NCBI GenBank assembly: GCA_977020255.1
Contig: CDROCS010000253.1
Location: 2,914,001 to 2,978,000 of the forward strand
From: Obrimoposthia wandeli
Lineage: Eukaryota
Direction of reading: 5' to 3'
Length of the DNA: 64,000 nt
The notes under the pieces are model-generated. The model made no database searches. It was not told where the DNA came from and saw only the letters and a program-made list of their open reading frames with translations. A program made the position numbers and the translations under genes. Shown here piece after piece: positions 18,145-28,528 of this stretch; positions within the stretch are counted from its first letter, which is position 1, and the number at the start of each line of letters is the position of its first letter.

Positions 18145-20265
18145 TTACATTGTCGCCTGTATTGCTGTTAAGGCGATGGTATAAACAATATCATCGACTA
18201 ATGCGCCGCGTGACAGATCATTAACAGGCTTATTCATCCCTTGTAACATCGGGCCTATGCTTACTAAATCAGCTGAACGTTGTACTGCTTTATAAGTTGT
18301 ATTGCCAGTATTTAAATCAGGGAAGATAAACACTGTTGCTTTACCCGCTACAGGGCTATTTGGCGCTTTTTTCTTGGCAACGTTCTCCATAATGGCTGCA
18401 TCATATTGAAGTGGTCCATCAATAATGAGATCAGGTCGTTTAGCTTTGGCAATTTCAGTTGCTCTAGCTACTTTTTCCACATCAGCGCCATGCCCAGATC
18501 TGCCGGTACTGTAACTTATCATGGCAACTCTTGGTTCAATATCAAATGCTCTAGCTGAGTCGGCAGATTGAATGGCTATATCAGCCAATTGTTCAGCGTT
18601 AGGCTCAGGGTTAATAGCACAGTCACCATAAACAAGTACTTGATCAGGTAGCAACATAAAGAAAACCGATGAAACTAAAGAGCTATCAGGTGCCGTTTTG
18701 ATTAACTGTAAAGCAGGTCTTATGGTGTTTGCTGTGGTATTTACTGCGCCAGAAACAAGGCCATCTACTTGACCAAGCTGTAACATCATAGTCGCTAAAA
18801 CAACATTGTCTTTTAGATTTTCTAGTGCAATAACATCTGTTAGCCCTTTACTTTTACGTAACTCGACCATAGGTCCAACGTAATTATCTCTAATAGAGTC
18901 GGGATCTGTTATTAATAAATTATCAGGTAGGTTAATACCTTGATGTTCAGCAATCTGTAGTATCTCTTCTTTGTTACCTATGAGCTGACAGCGAGCAATA
19001 TTTCGTTCGCAGCATATTGCAGCAGCTTTGATGGTGCGTATATCGGTGCCTTCAGGTAAGACGATTAGCTTATTTGCTTGGCGAGCAAGCTCGGTTAATT
19101 TATGTCTAAAAGCAGGTGGTGATAATAAGTTATAACTATTGTTTTTTGACGTTAGACTTTCCAGCCAATCACTACTTAAGTTATCGGCAACATGTTGTTT
19201 TACTTTATCTTGACGTTGAATATCGTCTTGAGGTATTTCAGGGTTGAAACCCATGATATGACGCGATGTTTGCCAAGTATCCCAAGGGACAGATAAAACA
19301 GGTAAACCCGCATCAAGTGCTTGCTTACATAATTCCCAAACTTGTTCTGATGGTTCAAAGCCATTTGTTAAAATCAAACCACCTAATTTAGTACCATTTA
19401 ACGCCGATAAACAGGCGGCAATAATAATATCTGTACGATCACCTGGAGTAACAATAAGCCGTCCGGGAACTAAGTAACTCACTAGATTTGATACCGTGCG
19501 AGCACAAAATGCGACACTACGAAAACGGCGATGTGCCATATCGCCCTTATTAATCACTTTAGCATCAAGGTAGTTACTAATATCACAGACACGTGGCGCG
19601 ATGAGATCTATTTCCCACTGAACAGTGCCAAGTAAATCAAAGTGTCTGCCTTTAAAAATGGATAAATCTAACCAATGGTTGAGATTAAAATCATTTTCTA
19701 TTTCTTCTTCTTTGGGTAATAAACCATATTCTTCTTGATCTGGGCAATTTAGCTTGTTGATAACACAGCCAATGAGGTGTTTGTTCTTTATGCCACCATA
19801 GGTTTCTGCGCTGACTTCAAGTCTATCTTCAAATTCTTCCGCACTGTCATTACCAGGGCTAGCAACTAATACTATCTCTGCACTAAGTGCTTGGGCGACA
19901 TCACGATTAATGCGACCAGCATAAGGTTGTCTTGGTGTAGGGACTAAGCCTTCAATAATGATAACGTCATGATCTTTTTTAAAGGCATTAAAATTGGCAA
20001 CAATTTCTTCTAAAACGACATCGTGAAGACCATCGCCCATTTTGCCTTCAACATAGCTAAGCGATACGCTAGTACTATTTTGAGATAAGCTAATGGCATC
20101 AATGGTTTTGTTTTTTTTAGCTAAGCTATTTCTCGAAGGTTGGCTAATGGGTTTAAAGTGTCCGACTTTAATGCCTTTTTGCTGGCAAGCATGTAATAAA
20201 CCTAGCGAAACGCTAGTTAAGCCGACGCCTGAACCTACAGGGATTAACATAATTCTATGTGGCAT
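18145..20265 (-). CDS. pta: Phosphate acetyltransferase (long form)
   Basis: GLTSVSLGL, IVLPEG, DGPLQYDAA, PDLNTGNTTYKAVQR, VNDLSRG. Confidence 0.98.
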   Translation of the reverse strand: MPHRIMLIPVGSGVGLTSVSLGLLHACQQKGIKVGHFKPISQPSRNSLAKKNKTIDAISLSQNSTSVSLSYVEGKMGDGLHDVVLEEIVANFNAFKKDHDVIIIEGLVPTPRQPYAGRINRDVAQALSAEIVLVASPGNDSAEEFEDRLEVSAETYGGIKNKHLIGCVINKLNCPDQEEYGLLPKEEEIENDFNLNHWLDLSIFKGRHFDLLGTVQWEIDLIAPRVCDISNYLDAKVINKGDMAHRRFRSVAFCARTVSNLVSYLVPGRLIVTPGDRTDIIIAACLSALNGTKLGGLILTNGFEPSEQVWELCKQALDAGLPVLSVPWDTWQTSRHIMGFNPEIPQDDIQRQDKVKQHVADNLSSDWLESLTSKNNSYNLLSPPAFRHKLTELARQANKLIVLPEGTDIRTIKAAAICCERNIARCQLIGNKEEILQIAEHQGINLPDNLLITDPDSIRDNYVGPMVELRKSKGLTDVIALENLKDNVVLATMMLQLGQVDGLVSGAVNTTANTIRPALQLIKTAPDSSLVSSVFFMLLPDQVLVYGDCAINPEPNAEQLADIAIQSADSARAFDIEPRVAMISYSTGRSGHGADVEKVARATEIAKAKRPDLIIDGPLQYDAAIMENVAKKKAPNSPVAGKATVFIFPDLNTGNTTYKAVQRSADLVSIGPMLQGMNKPVNDLSRGALVDDIVYTIALTAIQATM

Positions 20266-20292
20266 AAATTAAATCCTATTTATATATTTTGT

Positions 20293-21534
20293 TTATTTAC
20301 TTGCTTGAGAAGTTAATAAATTAGCTGATTGTTCGGCAATCACCCACTCTTCATTAGTGGCAATAACCCAACAAGCTCTTGAATCTTTAGCAGCAATATT
20401 ACCTGAAGCACCAAAGCGAGTTTTTTGATTCTTTTCTTCATCTAAAGAAAAATTTAATAACGCAAGTTGCTTAACTATTTCAGTACGTACCCAGCTTGAG
20501 TTCTCACCAATACCACCGGTAAATATAAGGCCATCTAATTTCGTTAAACTGGCGCTATAAGAAGCAATGCTTTTAGCTATACGGTAACAAAAAGCCGTCA
20601 GTGCTAATGTTGCTTGAGCATGGTTATCTTCTAGCATGGCATTTTCTAAAGTACGGCAGTCGTTGCTTAAACCAGAAACACCTAATAAGCCACTTTCTTT
20701 ATTGAGTAATTTTTCTACATCAGCAATTGAGTAACCTAAATTATCGATTAGATGAAAAATAATACCGGCATCGAGATCGCCACAGCGAGTACCCATCATC
20801 ACACCTTCGCCAGGTGTCATGCCCATGCTAGTATCAACACTTTCACCATTTTTAATGACGGTAACACTACAACCATTACCTAAATGAGCACTGATTAAGT
20901 TGCATTGCTCAAGCGGTTTATGTAATTGCTCGGCAGCTTGTTTTGCAACAAAATAATGGCTGGTACCATGGAAGCCATAACGTCTTATGCCATGCTCTTT
21001 GTATAAGGAATAGGGCAGGCCATAAATGTAAGCTTTCTCTGGCATGCTTTGATGAAAAGCTGTATCAAATACGGCCACTTGTGGCAAATCATCAAAGGCT
21101 TGCTGACATGCTTTTATACCGATGAGGTGCGCTGGATTATGTAATGGCGCTAGTTTTGCCAATTGACTAATTGCTTGCTCTACCTCGGTAGTTATAAGTG
21201 TTGGTTGTGAGTATTGTTCACCACCATGAACAACTCTATGGCCTATTGCACTAATATCTTTGACCAAGTTAAGTTGTTGCAGTTGCTCTACCAATATAGA
21301 AAGTGCTGTTTGGTGATTAAAAGGCGCAGGTAATTTATAGGACTGTTTACCATCTTGTCGTTTGATAGTAATTTTTGCATCAGGGCTGAGTAAGCATTCT
21401 GCTAAGCCTGATAATAGTGTGTCACCACTTGCAGGTTTTATTAAGGAAAATTTAATGGAAGAACTGCCACAGTTGATCACTAAAATGGCACCAGTACTAA
21501 CGGATTCTTCGCAATGAGGTTTTTGTTGAGTCAT
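20293..21534 (-). CDS. ackA: Acetate kinase
   Basis: LVINCGSSSIKF, GHRVVHGG, FDTAFH, YGFHGTSH, FTGGIGENS. Confidence 0.98.
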   Translation of the reverse strand: MTQQKPHCEESVSTGAILVINCGSSSIKFSLIKPASGDTLLSGLAECLLSPDAKITIKRQDGKQSYKLPAPFNHQTALSILVEQLQQLNLVKDISAIGHRVVHGGEQYSQPTLITTEVEQAISQLAKLAPLHNPAHLIGIKACQQAFDDLPQVAVFDTAFHQSMPEKAYIYGLPYSLYKEHGIRRYGFHGTSHYFVAKQAAEQLHKPLEQCNLISAHLGNGCSVTVIKNGESVDTSMGMTPGEGVMMGTRCGDLDAGIIFHLIDNLGYSIADVEKLLNKESGLLGVSGLSNDCRTLENAMLEDNHAQATLALTAFCYRIAKSIASYSASLTKLDGLIFTGGIGENSSWVRTEIVKQLALLNFSLDEEKNQKTRFGASGNIAAKDSRACWVIATNEEWVIAEQSANLLTSQASK

Positions 21535-21723
21535 GTCTATTGTCTTTTAAAAAATGAAAAGTTATCGAATAATAATTTTGTCGCCATTATAACAATGGAC
21601 TTAATTATAAATCTTGATGCAATGCAATGAAATGGTTTATTTTAATAATTGTTATTCGTAATAAAGCTTAGTTACATTTCTACATTTCTACCTTTTACCT
21701 ATATCCCCATCCTAATCAAGATG

Positions 21724-22102
21724 TATACCCGTTACCAACCAAAGTGCAGGATTTCAGTGGGAATTAAAATCACTTTAGGCAAGGTAAATAATTTAAGCAT
21801 AGTCATTCTATGGTTTGATTATTTAACGCAGTATAAAGTGATTTTAAACCCATCAAAGAAGCGCTTGAGCAACATCACTTCATCGTTACTGTGACTTATA
21901 ATGGAACAACCATTATTTCATCACAGCGCCTTGAATTGAAATTGCTCAAGCACTCTGAAACCTGCATCTTGAATGATAACGGGTATATGTTACCCAAGCG
22001 CTTCTTCGATGGACTTACAATGACTATGTTTAAATTATTTTTGCTTGCCTACAGACTTTTAATTCCCACTGAAATCCAACACTTTGAATGCTAGCGGGTA
22101 TA
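21724..22102. mobile_element. Composite/nested ERIC-like MITE, 379 bp
   Basis: About 85-bp imperfect terminal IRs starting TATACCCG; an internal second element end (GCATCTTGAATGATAACGGGTATA, about 21965-21988); inner IR CCATCAAAGAAGCGCTTG / CAAGCGCTTCTTCGATGG. Confidence 0.8.
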
Positions 22103-22126
22103 GAGTCTAGCTGCTATAGTAATGGT

Positions 22127-22627
22127 ATGAATATCTCCGTAGTACAACTCATTAAATTGGGTCAAAAATATTTATCTCTTTGGCCTGATAAACCAGAATT
22201 AACTCAATATTTTGAAGACTATCGAGCAGTGCAAAGCGCGCGCTTTGTTTGTCGGTATTTTCCTGCGTTAGCCATGTTTACAGTTATTATGCAGCTCTAT
22301 GTCGCTTCAGGATATCCCCTAGGCCAAGGCTCTATAAATAATGCATTTAATGCACTGCCTCAAGCACTTGTTTATGGTTTGTTTTTATTAAGTATGCCAG
22401 TACAGGCATTAGTTTTTTCAGGTGTCAAAGCAGATAAGTTATTACCACCAGCACTCGCTTCTTGGTATCACAGTGGTTTAGAAAAAGTAAAACAGCAACT
22501 CGCTGAGCAAAGTGAGCGTAGTAATGATCATAAGAATGATAATGCTATCGCTAACTTAGCAAAATATAAACCACGCTACATCGATCTTGCTCAACTTTTA
22601 CAGTTAACTTTCGCGACAACAAAGTAA
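22127..22627 (+). CDS. yfbV: YfbV/DUF412 family (terminus macrodomain insulation protein)
   Basis: GQKYLSLWP, LSMPVQAL..G..A...LPPALASWY, KPRYIDLA; divergent from ackA. ATG 22127 chosen because the longer ORF start lies in the MITE. Confidence 0.85.
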   Translation: MNISVVQLIKLGQKYLSLWPDKPELTQYFEDYRAVQSARFVCRYFPALAMFTVIMQLYVASGYPLGQGSINNAFNALPQALVYGLFLLSMPVQALVFSGVKADKLLPPALASWYHSGLEKVKQQLAEQSERSNDHKNDNAIANLAKYKPRYIDLAQLLQLTFATTK

Positions 22628-22628
22628 T

Positions 22629-22770
22629 TAATACCAATCCCATTAAATTTATGATCTTGTTGTACACAGGGAAAATAAATCAGGGCAAGGCGCTTGATTG
22701 AGTAATAGCTGGCTATTGGGATTGAGAGCAACGCTGAGATTGAGTATTTTAACCCGTACAAGCATAACCT
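22629..22770. mobile_element. Partial MITE (TAATACCAAT-type left end, right end not found)
   Basis: Starts TAATACCAATCCCATTAA right after the yfbV stop; inner arms pair; carries a variant of the shared CAAGGC...CAACG hairpin. Confidence 0.6.
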
Positions 22771-22837
22771 AATAGCTTAAGCTAGTAGTTTCAACTATCT
22801 AAAAGTCGATTTCATCATCATCATCACGATTTAAAAT

Positions 22838-23683
22838 CTAATTAGTCTTTTGGTATAAACGTAAAACAAAGTCAGCTTGGCAGCTAAATTGTTTTTGTTG
22901 TTTCAATTGAGTAAGTAATTCATCACTGGCTTTAAAGGCAAAAGGCGTCATTGCTAATAAATTCAGCACATCGTCACTATCAGAGAAATCCATCAGGTAA
23001 TTCAAGCGTTGTTCTTCAACTAATGTTAATTGCTCAATAACTTGTTTTGCTGTGTCATGTTTATTTGCTTGGCGATATATTAGCGATTTAAGCTCAAACA
23101 AATGATTATCGGCAGGGGTAACCGTTAACAAATAACCTTGATCTTGCAAAATTCGGGTGAACTCATTTTCTAAAATGGGTGCATAAACACTATATAACCA
23201 GCCAAATTTTTCGTTAGCAAATGGTAAGTCAGAGAGGGTTGCTACGCTAAAAAAGCAGTCTTGATAACGTTTTGCTGCAATCTTTATTGTTTCTTTAGCA
23301 ATATCTACACCGTACACGCTGTTGTGCTCAGTTTTATGTTGATGTGTATAAAAACCTTCACCGCAGCCAGCATCAAAAACAGCTGTGTTTTTATCGCCAT
23401 ACTTTTGATATAACGCGAGCATGCTGTCGAGTAAAGGCTGGTAATAGCCTTTATCTAAAAATGCACGTCTAGCTTGTACCATTGCTTTGTTATCGCCAGG
23501 CTCTTTTGAGTGCTTAAACTGCACGGGTAATAAATTAACATAGCCTTGCTTTGCTTGATCAAAACTATGATTATTTTCACAACGGTAGCTCTTTTCATCA
23601 AGTAATAAAGCTTGCTGGCAAAGAGGACAACGATATTGGGCTGATTTTTTACTAGCGACGTTATTAGAGATATCAGTATGCAT
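22838..23683 (-). CDS. rlmA: 23S rRNA m1G745 methyltransferase (RlmA family)
   Basis: Zn finger CPLC...CENNHSFD..KQGYVNLL, RRAFL..GYY, DAGCGEGFY, MTPFAF. Confidence 0.85.
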   Translation of the reverse strand: MHTDISNNVASKKSAQYRCPLCQQALLLDEKSYRCENNHSFDQAKQGYVNLLPVQFKHSKEPGDNKAMVQARRAFLDKGYYQPLLDSMLALYQKYGDKNTAVFDAGCGEGFYTHQHKTEHNSVYGVDIAKETIKIAAKRYQDCFFSVATLSDLPFANEKFGWLYSVYAPILENEFTRILQDQGYLLTVTPADNHLFELKSLIYRQANKHDTAKQVIEQLTLVEEQRLNYLMDFSDSDDVLNLLAMTPFAFKASDELLTQLKQQKQFSCQADFVLRLYQKTN

Positions 23684-23695
23684 TGGCAGTAAACC

Positions 23696-24502
23696 CTATG
23701 AAAATGTTGACCAAATAGGCGCATGGTCTGACGGTTTTTCAATACCACGTAATTCATAGTCTATATCGGCTTCAATACACTGTTCAGCCATATTTTTTGT
23801 AGCAAGTACCACATCAATACGAAGGCCGCGGTTGTCATCAAAGCCACGCGAGCGATAATCAAACCAAGAGTAACGCTCGGTAGTTTCGGGATGCAATTGA
23901 CGGAAAGTATCAATAAAACCCCAATCCATTAACGTTGTTAACCATTCTCTTTCTTCAGGTTGGAAAGAACATTTACCACTTTTTAACCAGCGTTTACTAT
24001 TCACGTCACCAATACCAATATCTAAGTCTTGCGGAGAAATATTAATGTCGCCCATTACAACCACATTTTCGTCATTCACGTGATTGTCATTAAGATAGGT
24101 CATTAAATCTTTATAGAATTTTCTTTTATAAGGATATTTAGTTTCGTGGCTGATATTTTCACCTTGTGGGAAATAGCCATTTAATACGGTAACTTTCTCG
24201 CCTTTATCATTGGTTGTTGTAACCATAATCATTCTACGCTGAGCTTCATCGTCATCAGTAGGAAAACCACGCTGTACTGAATCAGCTTCTTTTTTACATA
24301 ACATGGCAACACCATAATGAGCTTTTTGACCATGAAAATAGACATGATAACCCATGGCTTCAACGGCCTCTAATGGGAAAACTTCATCATGAACTTTGAT
24401 TTCTTGTAAACCAATAATATCAGGCTGATGTTTATCGATAATCGCTTGTAACTGGTGAAGACGAGCACGAAGGCCGTTAATATTAAAAGAGATAATTTTC
24501 AT
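23696..24502 (-). CDS. xthA: Exodeoxyribonuclease III
   Basis: [43 protein letters not shown]. Confidence 0.98.
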   Translation of the reverse strand: MKIISFNINGLRARLHQLQAIIDKHQPDIIGLQEIKVHDEVFPLEAVEAMGYHVYFHGQKAHYGVAMLCKKEADSVQRGFPTDDDEAQRRMIMVTTTNDKGEKVTVLNGYFPQGENISHETKYPYKRKFYKDLMTYLNDNHVNDENVVVMGDINISPQDLDIGIGDVNSKRWLKSGKCSFQPEEREWLTTLMDWGFIDTFRQLHPETTERYSWFDYRSRGFDDNRGLRIDVVLATKNMAEQCIEADIDYELRGIEKPSDHAPIWSTFS

Positions 24503-24605
24503 AGAATTCCTAAAGGCTTTTAGCTAACAATATCGTCATGTATTGTTTGGCAAATTAAGGCAATGATCTTGCGTGTTTATCTAGCTTCTCGCAAGTTTTA
24601 TTTTT

Positions 24606-24619
24606 CACATCTTGTTATA
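24606..24619. promoter_or_regulatory. Possible RstA-type binding box
   Basis: CACATCTTGTTATA versus recalled RstA box TACATNTNGTTACA (2 mismatches), upstream of an RstA-like regulator. Confidence 0.3.
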
Positions 24620-24779
24620 AAATGTAATTTAATCGTAACAACTGGTAGGGCCTATTGTTTAACCGTAATAACTTGTTTAAGCTAACCCTAAATGAGCAAA
24701 ATAATATAGAAAACTGTTAATGCAGGTATCAGAACAGTTATTTATCAATTTGCCTTAAGAATGCGTAATAAATAAGGAA

Positions 24780-25502
24780 ATGAACATGCCAGATAGTAAC
24801 TCAAGCGTAAAAAAAATATTATTGGTTGAAGATGACCGCCAACTGTCCGATTTAGTCACTGACTTTTTAACAAGTGAAGGTTTTCATGTTAAACAAGAAT
24901 TTCGTGGTGACACTGTAGCTAAACGAGTAAAGCTATTCTCTCCTGATCTTATTATTTTAGATGTTATGTTACCCGGTAAGGATGGTTTTGGTGTTTGTCG
25001 TGATTTACGTCCAGAATTTAATGGTCCTGTGTTAATGCTAACAGCAAAAAGCACTGATTTTGATCAGGTACTTGGCTTAGAAATTGGTGCAGATGATTAT
25101 GTTATCAAACCCGTTGAGCCTCGCGTATTACTAGCACGAGTAAACGCATTGTTACGCCGTGGCGATTTACCTAACCAAAGTGAAGAAAAAGGTGAAATTA
25201 CTTGTGGTGGTTTATATATCAATAAAGCATCACGTAAAGTGACTTTGCAAGATGAAAATGTAGACTTAACTAGTCAAGAATTTGATTTATTATGGTTACT
25301 TGCAGGTAAAGCCGGAGAAGTGCAAAATCGTGATTATATATATAAGGCAGTCATTGGCCGTGAATATGATGGCTTAGACAGAAGTGTGGATGTACGTATT
25401 TCTCGCTTACGTAAAAAATTACATGACAGTACCGATACACCCTTTAGAATCAAGACTATTTGGGGTCAAGGTTACTTATTCGTTCCAGATGCTTGGAACT
25501 AG
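24780..25502 (+). CDS. OmpR-family response regulator (RstA-like)
   Basis: LVEDD, LDVMLPGKDG, GLEIGADDY, YDGLDRSVDVRISRLRKKL, IKTIWGQGYLF. Confidence 0.93.
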   Translation: MNMPDSNSSVKKILLVEDDRQLSDLVTDFLTSEGFHVKQEFRGDTVAKRVKLFSPDLIILDVMLPGKDGFGVCRDLRPEFNGPVLMLTAKSTDFDQVLGLEIGADDYVIKPVEPRVLLARVNALLRRGDLPNQSEEKGEITCGGLYINKASRKVTLQDENVDLTSQEFDLLWLLAGKAGEVQNRDYIYKAVIGREYDGLDRSVDVRISRLRKKLHDSTDTPFRIKTIWGQGYLFVPDAWN

Positions 25503-25547
25503 CTCTCGGGCATAATGTCACTGTGATGTTATAGTCATTAAAAATAT

Positions 25548-25588
25548 AAAGGCTTTGTTTACCCATCAGTAGTAACAAAGCCTTTTTT
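25548..25588 (+). terminator. Intrinsic terminator after the response regulator
   Basis: AAAGGCTTTGTT...AACAAAGCCTTTTTT. Confidence 0.7.
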
Positions 25589-25743
25589 AAGCTCATTTTT
25601 ATTACATTTTTTGATAATACCAATTGGACTAATTTATTGATCAACTTAGAACTTCAGTAGCGAGCTTAAAATAAGCAAAAAAAATTAAATATAGTTATTC
25701 TATACTTCATTTTTTTGTGATGTTATCAGTTTGCTAATGTGTT

Positions 25744-25881
25744 CCCAAAGGGCGAGTTTAAAAGGCTTATATGCGGCGTTATTGATTTTGACAAGGGAAT
25801 AACCATTCTCTTCAATCAATGCCTTGCCTCTAAGCCTTTTAACTCTCGCTAAGTGGTCAATTAATTAATTCACTTGATATA
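25744..25881. mobile_element. Partial MITE with nested hairpin
   Basis: GCGAGTTTAAAAGGCTTA / TAAGCCTTTTAACTCTCGC arms around the shared 50-nt module; ends ...CACTTGATATA. Confidence 0.65.
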
Positions 25882-25888
25882 AGGTAAG

Positions 25889-27178
25889 TTGATGAAATTA
25901 GGTCGTTCATTTTTTAATCTTTATTTCTTTATTATCTCCACATTCATCATTTTTTCTTGGGCTCTTGATGAAGTATGGACGTCTTATCTCGAGCAAGATA
26001 TTGAGTCTTATACTGGATATAAAACGCTGATGATGGCTACTGGGGATTATGTTCAAAAACACCCTGAAGCAGAGTGGGAAGAGATAATAGCTGATGCTAG
26101 AGAGCGATGGGAATTACCGCTAAAGTTAGTCTCTTTAGCCGAAGTTGAAGCCATTGATCACACAGACCATCATGTTCTCTCACATTCAAATGCCCATATT
26201 TATTACTTCAATGATCAGGTGATCATTCATTATTTACTTGAAGGCTCTGAATCCGTTATTACCTTAGGCCCATTAGAAATGCCGACGAGGCCAAGAGTAA
26301 AAGCAACTTATCGCGTTATGATTCTTGCTACCTTCGGTGTTGTCATCTTTATTTGGTTATGGCCGATGTCACGAGATTTAGAGCAACTTAAAAAGGCGAC
26401 TAAGGCATTTGGGCAAGGACAGTTTGACAGTAAAGCACCTGCGGCAAAGTCAACCATGATAGCGCCCATGATTTGCTCATTTAATATGATGGCGGCTAGA
26501 ATACGGCGGCTAATTGAAGCCCATAAAGAATTAACCAATGCAGTTTCACATGAGTTGAGAACACCACTCGCACGAACAAAATTTGCCTTACAGATGCTTG
26601 ATTCAATTAAAGATGACGAAAAAAGAGCTAAATATCAGCGACAAATAAAGAATGATGTTTGTGAGTTAGAAGAGCTGATTAATGAAATGCTTATTTATGC
26701 TGCTTTTGATAATGACAAACCTGAGATGAATTTTACCAAAATCAACCTAAGTGAGTTAGTGAAATGTCAGATAGCCAGTCATGACCAGTTTGTTAGCTCG
26801 ATAAAATTAGTTAATAATTTACCTGATGATTATGTTTGTTGTGACGGCCATTTTATGGACAGGGCTGTAAATAACTTTATTAATAATGCCATTAAATATG
26901 GTAACGATAACGTAAGGGTTACGCTTTCGTTAGAAAACGGGCAATGCCAAATCTGCGTTGAGGATAATGGCGACGGAGTATCTGATGAATTTAAACGCGT
27001 TATTTTTGATGCTTTTTCACGTGGCGATCAATCGAGAAACCGAGAAACTGGCGGTTTTGGCCTCGGATTAGCAATTGTGGCTCGTATTATGGAATGGCAT
27101 CAAGGACAAGCTTCTATTGGCGATAGTGAGCTTGGTGGCGCAGCATTCACACTGACTTGGCCAGCAAAGCAAAGTTAG
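25889..27178 (+). CDS. Sensor histidine kinase (RstB/CpxA-like, HAMP-HisKA-HATPase)
   Basis: Two TM segments, AVSHELRTPLAR H-box, NFINNAIKYG, EDNGDGV, GGFGLGLAIV. Confidence 0.93.
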   Translation: MMKLGRSFFNLYFFIISTFIIFSWALDEVWTSYLEQDIESYTGYKTLMMATGDYVQKHPEAEWEEIIADARERWELPLKLVSLAEVEAIDHTDHHVLSHSNAHIYYFNDQVIIHYLLEGSESVITLGPLEMPTRPRVKATYRVMILATFGVVIFIWLWPMSRDLEQLKKATKAFGQGQFDSKAPAAKSTMIAPMICSFNMMAARIRRLIEAHKELTNAVSHELRTPLARTKFALQMLDSIKDDEKRAKYQRQIKNDVCELEELINEMLIYAAFDNDKPEMNFTKINLSELVKCQIASHDQFVSSIKLVNNLPDDYVCCDGHFMDRAVNNFINNAIKYGNDNVRVTLSLENGQCQICVEDNGDGVSDEFKRVIFDAFSRGDQSRNRETGGFGLGLAIVARIMEWHQGQASIGDSELGGAAFTLTWPAKQS

Positions 27179-27334
27179 TTTACTTACTAAATTAACTCAA
27201 TGAGTTAGCTCAATAAGTTAACTTAATAACCGGTAAGGTAATTTATTTTGAATTTATTTCATATATATTGTCTTATCGGCTAAATGTTTTTTACTTTTAG
27301 CCGATAACTTATTTATCAACGCATCGATAAATAA

Positions 27335-28021
27335 GTGAATAGGGCATTGGCAGTAGAGCTTTCACAACAGTTTTCAACAAATAACTTCTCACAAAGTAAT
27401 GAAGTGGTAAAGGACAGTGCTGGGCAATTAGCCACTGACTTTTCATCCGCTGGCGCATTACTTCATGAGTTGCAACTTGGTGAACGACTAAATGAAAGTG
27501 TTGTACAAACGCGTCGAGCTGATTTTTCTTTGATGCTGGCTATGCTAGCTGACGATGTACGTGAACAAAGCCAATTTTTATTGCCAAAAACTCAAGAGGC
27601 AACGCCTGCTGATGTGACGAATATTGCTTTAAGAAAGCAATTTAACCTACCGAACAAAGCGCCATTAGCATTAACTAAGCCGGATGACGTTAAACAATTC
27701 AATCAAGCACAAACTATTGTTGATAACGATCTAGCCAATATACATTTAACTAACGCTATGATGCCTAAGCCTCTAGCATTTCGAGATGACAAAAAATATA
27801 TCGAAAGCCAAGTGCTAAAAAACACCAGCTTATTTACTCAGCTTAAGTATAAACAAGCAGTAGAGCTAAGCCAGGCACACATTAATCAGTTACAAGAAAA
27901 TCAAATAAATCCAAGTTCAATTGATACTGATAAACCACTTAGTCAACCACTCAACTTTAATGCCAAGGCATGGTTAGATGGTATTCAGCAGTCTTTAGTT
28001 AAAGCGCCACTACTTAACTAA
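27335..28021 (+). CDS. VC2046/SO_2500 family protein
   Basis: ELQLGERLN...RRADFSLMLAMLADDV; convergent with ychJ. Confidence 0.7.
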   Translation: MNRALAVELSQQFSTNNFSQSNEVVKDSAGQLATDFSSAGALLHELQLGERLNESVVQTRRADFSLMLAMLADDVREQSQFLLPKTQEATPADVTNIALRKQFNLPNKAPLALTKPDDVKQFNQAQTIVDNDLANIHLTNAMMPKPLAFRDDKKYIESQVLKNTSLFTQLKYKQAVELSQAHINQLQENQINPSSIDTDKPLSQPLNFNAKAWLDGIQQSLVKAPLLN

Positions 28022-28048
28022 ATTAGATCTATTGGTCTGATTACCAGC

Positions 28049-28528
28049 CTACTTAGCACAGCAATGTTTAAACTTTTTACCTTTTTTTACTGACCAAGCC
28101 GTTGGGTAATTGTTGCATGGACAAATGTCATTACGTTTAATATTGGTAATCTCGTTATGAACGGTAATATTGCCATCAATATAGCGCCACTGACCTTGTT
28201 CAAGAGTGAAATTAGACTTTTCTCGTAATTCACACAAGATATTATCAACCACGTAGTAAGCTGAAAACTCTACGGTGTTTTTATCGCTTTTATGTATGTT
28301 CAATGCCAACCACAAACATTCATCAGCCCATGTTTGAATTTCAGTTACCGACTGTTTTAACCGCTGAGCGGCAGCATAAGTATCAAAAATATATTGACCA
28401 TTTTTTGTTGCATAAGCACTAAAGCGTGAGCGCATTAATTGCTCAGGGGTGATGGGGCATTGTTTTTGTGTAATAAAAAGTTGGCAACAAGCACTAAATA
28501 ATAAAGTTGAACCGCAAGGGCAAAGCAT
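28049..28528 (-). CDS. ychJ: YchJ family protein with SEC-C motifs
   Basis: N-terminal CPCGS, PEQLMRSRFSAY, WRYIDG, C-terminal RNDICPC...KKFKHCC; start placed at MLCPCGS. Confidence 0.88.
   Translation of the reverse strand: MLCPCGSTLLFSACCQLFITQKQCPITPEQLMRSRFSAYATKNGQYIFDTYAAAQRLKQSVTEIQTWADECLWLALNIHKSDKNTVEFSAYYVVDNILCELREKSNFTLEQGQWRYIDGNITVHNEITNIKRNDICPCNNYPTAWSVKKGKKFKHCCAK

Noticed and set aside
21649-22094. ORFs 21649-21894 and 21891-22094, and the 5' extension of yfbV
   Set aside because: They lie in the nested MITE, have no recognisable protein features, and are chance open frames.
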